This document shows, piece after piece, positions 9,782 to 19,115 of a stretch of 64,000 bases of DNA. The stretch lies in NCBI GenBank assembly GCA_029559475.1, contig JAKQBN010000055.1, forward strand, positions 92,031-156,030. Direction: 5' to 3'. The notes below the pieces were generated by a model. That model was not told the DNA's origin. It saw nothing but the letters and a program-made list of their open reading frames with translations, and ran no database searches. Both the position numbers and the translations under genes were made by a program. Origin of the DNA: a bacterium (GTDB lineage: Bacteria; UBA4055). Every line of letters begins with the position of its first letter. Positions within the stretch are counted from its first letter, which is position 1.

Positions 9782-10963
9782 TTAAAGTACTCTCAATACC
9801 AGACCTTTCAGATATTCGGTCTCGGGAACGGATACGCTGACGGGATGATCTGATGCCTGATGAAGCTGCTCAAGTATCTGGACAGTCCTTCCGGAATCTT
9901 TGGCCGAGTAAGCGATCATCTCCTTGAACATTTCCGGCGTGAAATTACCTGAACAGGAGAACGTGAACATTAAACCGCCTTTTTTAACGAGCCTCATCGT
10001 ATTGAAATTCAGGTCTTTATAGGCTCTCATGGCTTTGATCTCATCCTTCTTTTTCGGCATGAGTTTAGGCGGATCGAGAATTATTACATCGAACTGCTTT
10101 TTCTGCTGATGCAGCTCTCTTATATATTCAAAACAGTCTTTTTCGGCGGTATCAGGATCATTAAAACCGTTCAGTCTGAAATTGACTTTAGCGGCCGTAA
10201 GAGCTTCGGCAGATGAATCGCAGAGGGTAATATCACCGGCACCATTAAAGGCAGCGGTTAGTCCGAATCCTCCGGTGAATGAAAATAGATCGAGCACGCA
10301 ATCACCCTTTTTTATGTATTTTTTTAAAATTGCGCGGTTGTTTCTCTGATCCGCATAAAATCCCGTCTTCTGAGATGTTATGTCGACTTTATATTTTATT
10401 CCGTTCTCTCTGATAGTGATTTTATCGGGCATTGTTCCAAATAGAACTCCAATCGAATTCGCCAGCCCTTCCATTTTTCTGCCATCTCCGTCGCTTTTTT
10501 CATAAATGCAGCTGACCGCAGGGATCTCTTCCGTCAATATTTTTACTATTGTCTGTTTATCTCTATCCATGCCTGAGGTGTGCGACTGAAGAACGAGTGT
10601 GTCCGCGAATTTATCAACGATCAAGCCGGGCAGAAAATCGCCTTCAGAGAATATCAGCCTGAATGAATCGGCGTCTTTTGAATCAAAAAGGCTTTTTCTG
10701 AGAGCGATCGCGGAAATGATCTTTTCCCTGAACCAGGCTTCATTTACATGCTTGTTCTCATTCCATTCCAGCAGTCTGATAACTATACCGGACGTAGGAT
10801 TATAATGACCGTAAGCAATAAATTTTCCTTCATGCGTTCTTACGCAGACGACTTCGCCGGCTTCAGGGCTGCCTTCGATCCTATTCACCGCCCCTGAAAA
10901 GATATAGGAATGTCTGTTCAGCGGCTGTTTTTCTTTACCTTTATGTAAGGTCGCGTATATCAT
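9782..10963 (-). CDS. rlmI: class I SAM-dependent 23S rRNA (m5C) methyltransferase, RlmI/RlmK-like (PUA + MTase)
   Basis: Start at MIYATLHKGKEKQPLNRHSYIFSGAV (like E. coli RlmI [27 protein letters not shown]). SAM-binding VLDLFSFTGGFGL and DPPK motif region. The ORF track extends to 11014. Confidence 0.8.
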   Translation of the reverse strand: MIYATLHKGKEKQPLNRHSYIFSGAVNRIEGSPEAGEVVCVRTHEGKFIAYGHYNPTSGIVIRLLEWNENKHVNEAWFREKIISAIALRKSLFDSKDADSFRLIFSEGDFLPGLIVDKFADTLVLQSHTSGMDRDKQTIVKILTEEIPAVSCIYEKSDGDGRKMEGLANSIGVLFGTMPDKITIRENGIKYKVDITSQKTGFYADQRNNRAILKKYIKKGDCVLDLFSFTGGFGLTAAFNGAGDITLCDSSAEALTAAKVNFRLNGFNDPDTAEKDCFEYIRELHQQKKQFDVIILDPPKLMPKKKDEIKAMRAYKDLNFNTMRLVKKGGLMFTFSCSGNFTPEMFKEMIAYSAKDSGRTVQILEQLHQASDHPVSVSVPETEYLKGLVLRVL

Positions 10964-11107
10964 TGTTACTCCGTAAATAATGTTCAAATTAAGTAAAATC
11001 CCGTTCAATTGCAATTTGAAAAACTTTTTTTAATAATTAAGAATTTCCTGTTTGCATTATCGGTTAATGTCAAATATATTCCTTTAAATAAAACTCAAAG
11101 GCTTATC

Positions 11108-11515
11108 ATGTGGACCTGTCCTGACTGCGGACGCAGTTTTAAGAACAAAAACCAGAAGCATTCATGCTCGGTTTTTGACGTGGCGGACCATTTCAATAAA
11201 AGGCCGCCTTTGATAAAGGATATATATAATAAACTGATAGATTCCGTCAGACCTTTCGCAGAATTCGACATAGGCGCGGTAAGATCGGCGATATTTTTCA
11301 GATCCGGAACGACGTATATTGAGATCAAGCCGAAAAAACAATGCCTGAGCATTTATTTCTATCTTGACGAGAAAACCGACGATACAGTAATAAAAAGCGG
11401 CCTTGAGATATCCGAACGCAGGATCGTTCACACCGCGGATCTTTTTAAACCGGACGACGTTAACAAAACGCTTTTAGCACATTTGAAAAGATCATACGAA
11501 CTGATATGTATGTAA
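11108..11515 (+). CDS. DUF5655-like zinc-finger hypothetical protein
   Basis: Likely start MWTCPDCGRSFKNKNQKHSC (CxxC...HxC zinc ribbon). The ORF track extends upstream to 11009. Confidence 0.45.
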   Translation: MWTCPDCGRSFKNKNQKHSCSVFDVADHFNKRPPLIKDIYNKLIDSVRPFAEFDIGAVRSAIFFRSGTTYIEIKPKKQCLSIYFYLDEKTDDTVIKSGLEISERRIVHTADLFKPDDVNKTLLAHLKRSYELICM

Positions 11516-11536
11516 TAATATAAACGAGTAAAGCCA

Positions 11537-14362
11537 ATGTGCATTCAATCGGAAGCGACTTTAGAGAAAAAACTCATCGAGCAGCTTGAAATTCAGGGCT
11601 ATGAAAAGGTCATTCTGCATGATGAAAAAGATCTTATTTCGAATTTTAAGACGCAGTTGGAAAAGCACAATAAGACGATTTTTTCGAAATCAGAGTTTAA
11701 TAAGATACTCAATCATTTAGACGGCGGAACGATATTCGAGAAATCGAAAAAGCTGCGCAATAAGTTCGAGCTTTACAGAGATGTCGGCACTCTTTCCTAC
11801 ATAGAATTTTTTAATACAGAAGAATGGTGCAAGAACGAATTTCAGGCATCAAACCAGATAAATTTGGCGGAAAGGTACAAGAACCGCTACGATGTGACGA
11901 TCCTGATAAACGGGCTGCCTCTCGTTCAGATCGAACTTAAAAGGCGCGGGATCGAGCTCAAAGAGGCATTCAATCAAATATGCCGCTATAAAGATCATTC
12001 GTTCAGGGGACTCTTTTTATACCTCCAGCTTTTCATCATCTCGAACGCGGTCAACACAAGATATTTTGCGAATAACAGAACGCTTAATTTTAAGCAGAGC
12101 TTCTGCTGGACGGATGAGAAGAATGAAAAATTCAACAGGCTGAACGAATTCGCCGATATTTTCCTGGAAAAATGCCATCTCGCCAAGATCATTTCAAAAT
12201 ATGTCGTCCTGAACGAATCCGATAAATTTTTAATGGTGCTCAGGCCATATCAATATTACGCGGCTGAAAAGATAATCAAGCGCGTAGCCGGAAAAGTTGA
12301 CCGGAACGGCTATATCTGGCACACGACCGGATCAGGCAAGACGCTCACTTCATTCAAGGCGAGCCAGATACTGACCGCTGACAAGGATGTGGACAAGGTC
12401 GTCTTTGTCGTTGACAGGAAAGATCTCGACTTCCAAACCATGAAGGAGTTCAATAAATTCTCGAAAGGCTCGGTTGATGCGACTGACGACACCATAATGC
12501 TCGTTAAACAGCTTTCCGACGAAAAGACGAAGCTTATCATAACAACGATACAGAAGCTCAACAATGCGGTCAGCAGGGTCAAATTCAACAATAAACTCGG
12601 CGACGTATCTAATAAGCGTATAATATTTATTTTTGACGAATGCCACAGGAGCCAGTTCGGCGAAACCCACAAAAGGATAAAAGATTATTTTAAGAACAGG
12701 CTTTTCTTCGGCTTTACGGGCACTCCGATATTCGAGGAGAACAGCGTAGGGTTTACGACTACGAAAGATCTTTTCGGGTCATGCCTGCACAAATATATCA
12801 TCAAGGACGCAATAGACGACGATAATGTGCTCGGTTTTTCCGTCGAGTACTATTCCACTTTCAGGTCAAAACTTCTAAAGGAAGAGAACGGGGATGATCT
12901 CGACGTGGATGAAATGGATAAGGTAAAAGGCATCAACAAAGATGAGGTGTTTTCAGCGGATGTCAGGCTGTCAAACATAGTTGATTTTATCATAAAGAAT
13001 CACGACAGAAAGACATATAACAAGGAATACAACGCGATATTCGCGGTAAGCTCAATTGAGACGCTTTTAAAATACTATGAGCTTTTCAGGAAGAAAAAGC
13101 ATAACTTAAACATAGCGACGATCTTTTCATATCAGGCGAACGAGGAGCTTGAGGATCAATACGGCAACCATAACGAGAGAGAGAACTGGAGCATGGTGGC
13201 TGAGGAGAGAGCACCTTACGGCGATAAGCAGGTTCATTCGAGAGAAAAGCTCGATCTGATCGTGAACGATTATAACAAAACTTTCAAGACGAACTTCGAC
13301 CTGAACAAGGACAACGGCTTCAACGCATATTTTGTGGATGTTTCCAAAAAGGTGAAGGAAAAGAAGATAGACATTCTACTTGTGGTCAACATGTTCTTAA
13401 CGGGATTCGACAGCGTTTTCACCAATACTCTGTATGTGGATAAGAACCTGCGCTATCACGGGCTTATTCAGGCATTTTCGAGAACGAACAGGGTGCTTGG
13501 GGAAAAGAAGAAATACGGCAATATCGTCTGCTTCAGAAACCTCAAGAAGAGAACAGACGAAGCGATAGTTTTATTTTCTAATCCCGATGCGATAGAAACC
13601 GTTTTAATGAAAGCCTACACGGAATACGCTGCAGATTTTAACAAAGCTCTCGAAGAGCTAAAAAACATCACACCGACAATAGATTCGGTTGACAAGCTCG
13701 AAGGCGATGAGCAGAAAGCACTTTTCGTCAAAGCTTTCAGGAACCTTTTACGGATCATGAACAGGCTTGTGACCTTCACCGAATTCAAATATGACGATCT
13801 GACCATTACAAGGCAGGAATTTGAGGATTACAGGAGCAAATATTTAGACATCCGCGACGAAACGAAAGACCCTGATAAGGAATCTATCTTAAAAGACCTC
13901 GATTTTGAGGTCGAACTTGTGCGCAGGGACGATATCAATGTGGATTATATCTTAAAGCTGTTAAAAGACCTCGACATGAACGATTCCGGATTTGTTAAAG
14001 ACGTGGAATTTATCTTAAAGACCATGGAAGGCTCGGACGAACTCCGCAGCAAGCGCGAACTGATCGAAAGGTTCATTAAGGAAAACCTGCCGGAATTAGG
14101 CACAGACGCGAATGTGGAGGAAGAATTCGACAAATTTATCTCGGTCGAAAAGGAAAAAGAGATAGGGGAGATGATAAGATCAGAAAAGCTGAACAAAGAA
14201 CTCGTTTACGCAGTGGTCGAGGAATATGAATTTTCGAACAAATTCCAGCGCGATAAGATCAAATCGGCACTCGTCGGCAACCTTAAACTCTCGGAACGGA
14301 AAAGAAAGATCGAACAATTGGAAAACAGCATAGAAAGCATCGTGAATAAATATAAATGGTAG
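11537..14362 (+). CDS. hsdR: Type I restriction enzyme R subunit (HsdR)
   Basis: 941 aa. N-terminal HsdR region (LEKKLIEQLEIQGYE), helicase motif I HTTGSGKT, DEAH-like FIFDECHRS, and a C-terminal helical domain. Confidence 0.9.
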   Translation: MCIQSEATLEKKLIEQLEIQGYEKVILHDEKDLISNFKTQLEKHNKTIFSKSEFNKILNHLDGGTIFEKSKKLRNKFELYRDVGTLSYIEFFNTEEWCKNEFQASNQINLAERYKNRYDVTILINGLPLVQIELKRRGIELKEAFNQICRYKDHSFRGLFLYLQLFIISNAVNTRYFANNRTLNFKQSFCWTDEKNEKFNRLNEFADIFLEKCHLAKIISKYVVLNESDKFLMVLRPYQYYAAEKIIKRVAGKVDRNGYIWHTTGSGKTLTSFKASQILTADKDVDKVVFVVDRKDLDFQTMKEFNKFSKGSVDATDDTIMLVKQLSDEKTKLIITTIQKLNNAVSRVKFNNKLGDVSNKRIIFIFDECHRSQFGETHKRIKDYFKNRLFFGFTGTPIFEENSVGFTTTKDLFGSCLHKYIIKDAIDDDNVLGFSVEYYSTFRSKLLKEENGDDLDVDEMDKVKGINKDEVFSADVRLSNIVDFIIKNHDRKTYNKEYNAIFAVSSIETLLKYYELFRKKKHNLNIATIFSYQANEELEDQYGNHNERENWSMVAEERAPYGDKQVHSREKLDLIVNDYNKTFKTNFDLNKDNGFNAYFVDVSKKVKEKKIDILLVVNMFLTGFDSVFTNTLYVDKNLRYHGLIQAFSRTNRVLGEKKKYGNIVCFRNLKKRTDEAIVLFSNPDAIETVLMKAYTEYAADFNKALEELKNITPTIDSVDKLEGDEQKALFVKAFRNLLRIMNRLVTFTEFKYDDLTITRQEFEDYRSKYLDIRDETKDPDKESILKDLDFEVELVRRDDINVDYILKLLKDLDMNDSGFVKDVEFILKTMEGSDELRSKRELIERFIKENLPELGTDANVEEEFDKFISVEKEKEIGEMIRSEKLNKELVYAVVEEYEFSNKFQRDKIKSALVGNLKLSERKRKIEQLENSIESIVNKYKW

Positions 14363-14369
14363 GCAATAA

Positions 14370-15917
14370 ATGACAAAGCAGAAGCTCGAACGGAAATTAT
14401 GGGACATAGCGGACACTTTACGCGGAAATATGGGTGCGGATGAATTCAGGGACTATATTCTCGGCTTTATTTTTTATAAATTCTTATCGGAAAAGATCGA
14501 AAAATTCGTTTCAGATGAGCTTAAATCGGACAAATTGAGCTTTGAAGAGGCTATGAAGGATAAAGAGCTTTCGCATGACTTAAAAGAGGAATGTATCGAA
14601 GATATGGGCTTTTTTATCGAACCGGCAAACTTATTCAGCAGGATAGCGGAAAGGGCAAAGAACAGAGAGTTTATTATTGAAGATCTCGGCCGCGCTTTAA
14701 AATCGGTAGAGGAAGCCACCATCGGGCATAAGAGCGAGGAGGATTTCGCGGGGCTTTTTGAGGATGTTGATCTTACTTCGACAAAGCTCGGAAGAACGGT
14801 TGAACAGAAGAACAAGCTCATTTCGGAAGTTATCAAGCACATAGCGGAAGTTGATTTCAGGCTTGAGGATACGGAGGCGGATGTTCTCGGCGACGCTTAT
14901 GAATATCTGATCTCACAGTTCGCGAGCGGAGCGGGAAAGAAAGCGGGAGAGTTCTATACGCCCCAGCAGGTATCAAAAATACTGGCAAAGATCGTCACTA
15001 CGGGCAAGACAAGGCTAAAATCTGCTTATGACCCAACATGCGGCTCGGGATCTTTACTTTTGAGGGTATCGAAGGAATGTAAAGTATCGGACTTCTACGG
15101 GCAGGAATTAAACACCACCACTTTCAACCTGGCGAGAATGAATATGATTCTCCATTCGGTCAAATACAACGATTTTCACATAACGCAGGGAGACACTTTA
15201 GAAGAACCGCACGACCTCGACAAACGCTTTGAGGCAGTGGTAGCCAATCCGCCATTCTCCGCGCACTGGGCGGCAAACCAGACCTTCTTATCGGACGAAA
15301 GATTCAGCCCGTACGGAAAACTCGCGCCCAAAACAAAGGCGGACTTCGCATTCGTTCAGCACATGCTCTATCAGCTTGACGAAAACGGAACAATGGCAAT
15401 AGTCTTACCTCACGGAGTACTATTCAGAGGAGCAGCGGAAGGCGAGATCAGAAAATACATCATAGAGGAAAAAAACTGGCTCGATGCCGTCATCGGACTA
15501 CCCGCGAACATCTTTTACGGAACATCAATACCCACAGTCATACTAGTATTCAAAAAATGCAGAACAGAATCCGACAGCATACACTTCATAGATGCAAGCC
15601 GGTCTTACGAAAAAGCCAAAAATCAGAACAATTTACGCGATGAAGATGTCGAAAAGATCATAAGCACATACAGGAACAGAACTCAGGAAGAAAAATACTC
15701 GCACTCAGCCTCAATAGAACAGATCAGGCAGAACGACTACAACCTAAACATTCCCAGATATGTCGATACATTCGAAGAGGAAGACGAAATTGACCTCGAT
15801 AAGATCGCGCAGGAACTCAAAAACATCGAAGCTGACATAAAACTCACAGACAAAAAGATCATCGCGCAGTGCAAAGAACTCGGAATCACCCCGCCCGTGT
15901 TTGGAGGAGAAAAATGA
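14370..15917 (+). CDS. hsdM: Type I R-M system N6-adenine DNA methyltransferase subunit (HsdM)
   Basis: 515 aa. HsdM N-terminal domain (KLWDIADTLRG), SAM motif DPTCGSGSLL and catalytic VVANPPFS (NPPF). Confidence 0.9.
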   Translation: MTKQKLERKLWDIADTLRGNMGADEFRDYILGFIFYKFLSEKIEKFVSDELKSDKLSFEEAMKDKELSHDLKEECIEDMGFFIEPANLFSRIAERAKNREFIIEDLGRALKSVEEATIGHKSEEDFAGLFEDVDLTSTKLGRTVEQKNKLISEVIKHIAEVDFRLEDTEADVLGDAYEYLISQFASGAGKKAGEFYTPQQVSKILAKIVTTGKTRLKSAYDPTCGSGSLLLRVSKECKVSDFYGQELNTTTFNLARMNMILHSVKYNDFHITQGDTLEEPHDLDKRFEAVVANPPFSAHWAANQTFLSDERFSPYGKLAPKTKADFAFVQHMLYQLDENGTMAIVLPHGVLFRGAAEGEIRKYIIEEKNWLDAVIGLPANIFYGTSIPTVILVFKKCRTESDSIHFIDASRSYEKAKNQNNLRDEDVEKIISTYRNRTQEEKYSHSASIEQIRQNDYNLNIPRYVDTFEEEDEIDLDKIAQELKNIEADIKLTDKKIIAQCKELGITPPVFGGEK

Positions 15918-17035
15918 AATATGATAAACTTATAGAAATACTTGAGACAACTCATTCAGATATGCAGTATCAGGCTTTCAGATCCGTTGATATTGCGTTA
16001 ATTATCCGTAACTGGCTGTTCGGATTTTATCTGGTCGAATATGAGCAGAACGGTGAAGACAGGGCTGAATACGGCGCAAGGCTGATTGAAAATATCTCCC
16101 AAGATTTAAGAAACAAAGGTGTCAAAGGCGTTTCACCCACAAATCTGAAAAAGGACAGAGAGTTTTATATTGAGTATAAACAAATTCGACAGACAGTGTC
16201 CGTCGAATCTTTGGTTCAGCCTCAAAAAAAAGCAACCTCAGGCACAAATATCCAAATTCGACAGTCAGTGACCGTCGAATTGGCAAAACAATTCAAATTA
16301 AGCTGGACGCATTATGTTAGTCTGTTGACCATTGACGATATAAATGAAAGAAAATTCTACGAGATAGAATCGATAAACAATTCGTGGGGCGTAAGAGAAC
16401 TCAAAAGACAGATCGCTTCTTCGTTGTATCAGCGGCTTTCAGTCAGTAAGAATAAGGCTAAATTGAAACAGCTGTCTCAAAAAGGTCAGATCATTGAAAA
16501 ACCTGAAGATTTCATAAAAGATCCGTTTATACTTGAATTTGCCGGAATAAAAGAAAAGAGCCGGTACTCAGAATATGATCTTGAAACAGCGCTTATAAAC
16601 AAACTGGAAATGTTCCTTTTAGAGCTTGGCAAAGGCTTTTTATTCGAGGCAAGACAGAAAAGATTCACATTTGACGATGACCATTATTATGTTGATCTCG
16701 TATTTTACAACAGACTGCTTAAATGTTATGTTCTGATTGATCTCAAGCGCGATAAACTTACGCATCAGGATCTCGGTCAGATGCAGATGTATGTGAACTA
16801 TTTTGACAGATATGTTAAGCTTAAAGATGAAAATCCGACAGTCGGGATCGTATTGTGCCACAGGAAAAATGACGCTTTAGTAGAACTCACACTCCCTGAA
16901 AATTCTAATATATTCGCTTCAAAATACAAATTATATTTACCGACAAAGGAAGAATTAAAACGGCAGCTTGTAAAAGAAATAGGTATGGTCAAAGAAGAAA
17001 TGGCACTTTACGGAACTCAGCGGAAAGGAGAATAA
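15914..17035 (+). CDS. DUF1016/YhcG-like PD-(D/E)XK nuclease-domain protein embedded in the Type I R-M operon
   Basis: ATG at 15914 overlaps the hsdM stop (ATGA). The C-terminus carries a PD-(D/E)XK-like core (YYVDLVFYN ... YVLIDLKRD) and the N-terminal helical DUF1016_N-like region. Confidence 0.65.
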   Translation: MKYDKLIEILETTHSDMQYQAFRSVDIALIIRNWLFGFYLVEYEQNGEDRAEYGARLIENISQDLRNKGVKGVSPTNLKKDREFYIEYKQIRQTVSVESLVQPQKKATSGTNIQIRQSVTVELAKQFKLSWTHYVSLLTIDDINERKFYEIESINNSWGVRELKRQIASSLYQRLSVSKNKAKLKQLSQKGQIIEKPEDFIKDPFILEFAGIKEKSRYSEYDLETALINKLEMFLLELGKGFLFEARQKRFTFDDDHYYVDLVFYNRLLKCYVLIDLKRDKLTHQDLGQMQMYVNYFDRYVKLKDENPTVGIVLCHRKNDALVELTLPENSNIFASKYKLYLPTKEELKRQLVKEIGMVKEEMALYGTQRKGE

Positions 17036-17887
17036 ATGAAATCAGATTTTCAGAAATACTTGAACAAACAGAACAGCGGAGCATTAAACGACTTTGACGG
17101 ACTTTCACCCGACACAATGCACAACATTCTGTATTCATCCTTCCAGAAAAACGGCCTGATCCGGATTAACGCGGACATATCGGCTGAAGCTATAAATCAG
17201 GTGCCTGTCTTCAAGCTCGTCAAACATTTTATGCGGATACTTGAGCGTGAAAAACAGATAAAGCTCACACAGGCCGAATACCTGCCTCCAAAGTATGTGA
17301 AGGAACTTTACGAAAGCACCGTACTCAAAGATGACGCGGTTGAAAGTGGAATAGTAAAGCTTACAGGCGAAAAAGATGTCATTATCATATTTGTTGCCCG
17401 CATTCTGGCCAAGTTATGCGGATATACAAAATTGAGGAACAATGTTATAACTATAACAAAAGCAGGCGAACAGGCACTAACCGACGATCGGGAGCTATAT
17501 TTCGGGTTAATGGACGCTCTCATATCTAAATTCAACTGGGGATTTGAATCCGTCAGACAGGACGACGGTTTCATCCAAAGGTCAGTCGGCTACACTTTAT
17601 ACCTTCTCAAAAAGTACGGGAACGAATACAGGGAATCAAGATATTACTACAACAAGTTCTTTAAAGCTTTCCCCGCCTCAATGAACGCGTTCGATTTCGA
17701 TCCCGATCCAAAATATAAGACCATGTCTCACTGGTGGGCTTACCGTAACAGAATATTCAGAACATACCTGACATACATGGGCGCGGTCGAATACGAGATC
17801 ATCTATAATAAAGAGGAACACACCGAGACCGATCAGGTCAGAAAAACAAAATTGTTCGATGAAATATTCACAATAAACATAAAATAA
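17036..17887 (+). CDS. hypothetical protein (283-aa ORFan) embedded between the YhcG-like gene and hsdS
   Basis: Long ORF in operon context. ATG directly abuts the upstream stop and the gene lies 11 nt before hsdS. No recognisable motif. Confidence 0.5.
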   Translation: MKSDFQKYLNKQNSGALNDFDGLSPDTMHNILYSSFQKNGLIRINADISAEAINQVPVFKLVKHFMRILEREKQIKLTQAEYLPPKYVKELYESTVLKDDAVESGIVKLTGEKDVIIIFVARILAKLCGYTKLRNNVITITKAGEQALTDDRELYFGLMDALISKFNWGFESVRQDDGFIQRSVGYTLYLLKKYGNEYRESRYYYNKFFKAFPASMNAFDFDPDPKYKTMSHWWAYRNRIFRTYLTYMGAVEYEIIYNKEEHTETDQVRKTKLFDEIFTINIK

Positions 17888-17898
17888 GAACAGAAATA

Positions 17899-18996
17899 AT
17901 GAAAAGCCATTCAGATAAAAACACAAAACAACCAAAACTCCGCTTCCCCGGTTTCACAGAAGAGTGGCAGGAAAAAAGACTGGGGGAAATTGGGAAAATA
18001 ACTACGGGTAGCACTCCGAGCACTTTCGTAGAAAAATACTATAACGGGGAATACCTATTCGTATCTCCTTTCGATATTAGTGATAAGAAATATATTTTTA
18101 CTACACAAAAAACGCTTACTGAAGAGGGATTTAAGAAAACAAGAAATATCAAAAAATGCAGTGTATTATTTGTTTGTATAGGTTCGACAATAGGAAAAAT
18201 TGCCGTAGCGGGTACGGATTTAGCGACAAATCAACAAATCAATGCAATAACATGCGAGCATGAAGCCCAGAACGAATTTGTTTATTACTCGTTATTGAAG
18301 AAAGCAGATCAAATAAAACTCATGGCTGGAGAGCAAGCCGTTCCGATAATAAATAAATCAAACTTTGAAACTGTTAAGTTACCAATGACTTCACCAGCAG
18401 AACAAAAGAAGATCTCAGAATTCCTTTCCGACATAGACACAAAGATCGAAAAACTCACCCGCAAAAAAGAACTCACCGAGCAGTACAAAAAAGGAGCAAT
18501 GCAAAAAATCTTCTCGCAGAAAATCCGCTTCAAAGATGATAACGGAAAAAATTATCCTGACTGGCAAGAAAAGAGGCTGGGTGAGGTGGCTACGATAAAA
18601 AGAGGAGCAAGCTCTCAATATTTAAAATATGTTAATAATTCTTCTGAAGGTGTAAGGCTGATTAGAATCACTGATTTCTTAGAAAGTGAACCAGTATTTA
18701 TCAAGGAGAGTCTAGAATTAGATAGGTTCAAACTAAAAAAAGATGATATCCTTATTGCAGGTACTGGAGCAACAGCAGGTATTACTTTCAAAGTACCAGA
18801 TAAATTTATCGGTATGGTTTATAGCTATAACGTTCCTCAGATCACTCCTGTTTCATGTGATCCTAATTATTTAATTCAATTTCTCAAGTCCGATTCGATC
18901 TCTAAACAACAAGAAGGTTTATTTACAGGTAATGCACAGCATTTTTTAGACATAAAGGCAATTTCAAACTTGAAATTACCTTTACAATGTGCATAA
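17899..18996 (+). CDS. hsdS: Type I R-M specificity subunit (HsdS), C-terminally truncated at the IS21 junction
   Basis: Two target-recognition domains, each preceded by the conserved LRFPGFTEEWQEKRLGE / IRFKDDNGKNYPDWQEKRLGE segment. Central conserved helix VKLPMTSPAEQKKISEFL...KIF. The protein ends at LKLPLQCA*, where the C-terminal conserved helix should begin. The stop TAA at 18994-18996 abuts the IS terminus. Confidence 0.8.
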   Translation: MKSHSDKNTKQPKLRFPGFTEEWQEKRLGEIGKITTGSTPSTFVEKYYNGEYLFVSPFDISDKKYIFTTQKTLTEEGFKKTRNIKKCSVLFVCIGSTIGKIAVAGTDLATNQQINAITCEHEAQNEFVYYSLLKKADQIKLMAGEQAVPIINKSNFETVKLPMTSPAEQKKISEFLSDIDTKIEKLTRKKELTEQYKKGAMQKIFSQKIRFKDDNGKNYPDWQEKRLGEVATIKRGASSQYLKYVNNSSEGVRLIRITDFLESEPVFIKESLELDRFKLKKDDILIAGTGATAGITFKVPDKFIGMVYSYNVPQITPVSCDPNYLIQFLKSDSISKQQEGLFTGNAQHFLDIKAISNLKLPLQCA

Positions 18997-19115
18997 TTCT
19001 TGCGAAAGTGACCAGTCAATTCCTGTCAAAGTGTTACAGATAATCTGATATAAAATAAAAGTTTTCCACTTCAAGAACTCCTATTATATTCGCTCCGAAC
19101 AAAAGAGGAGCGGAT

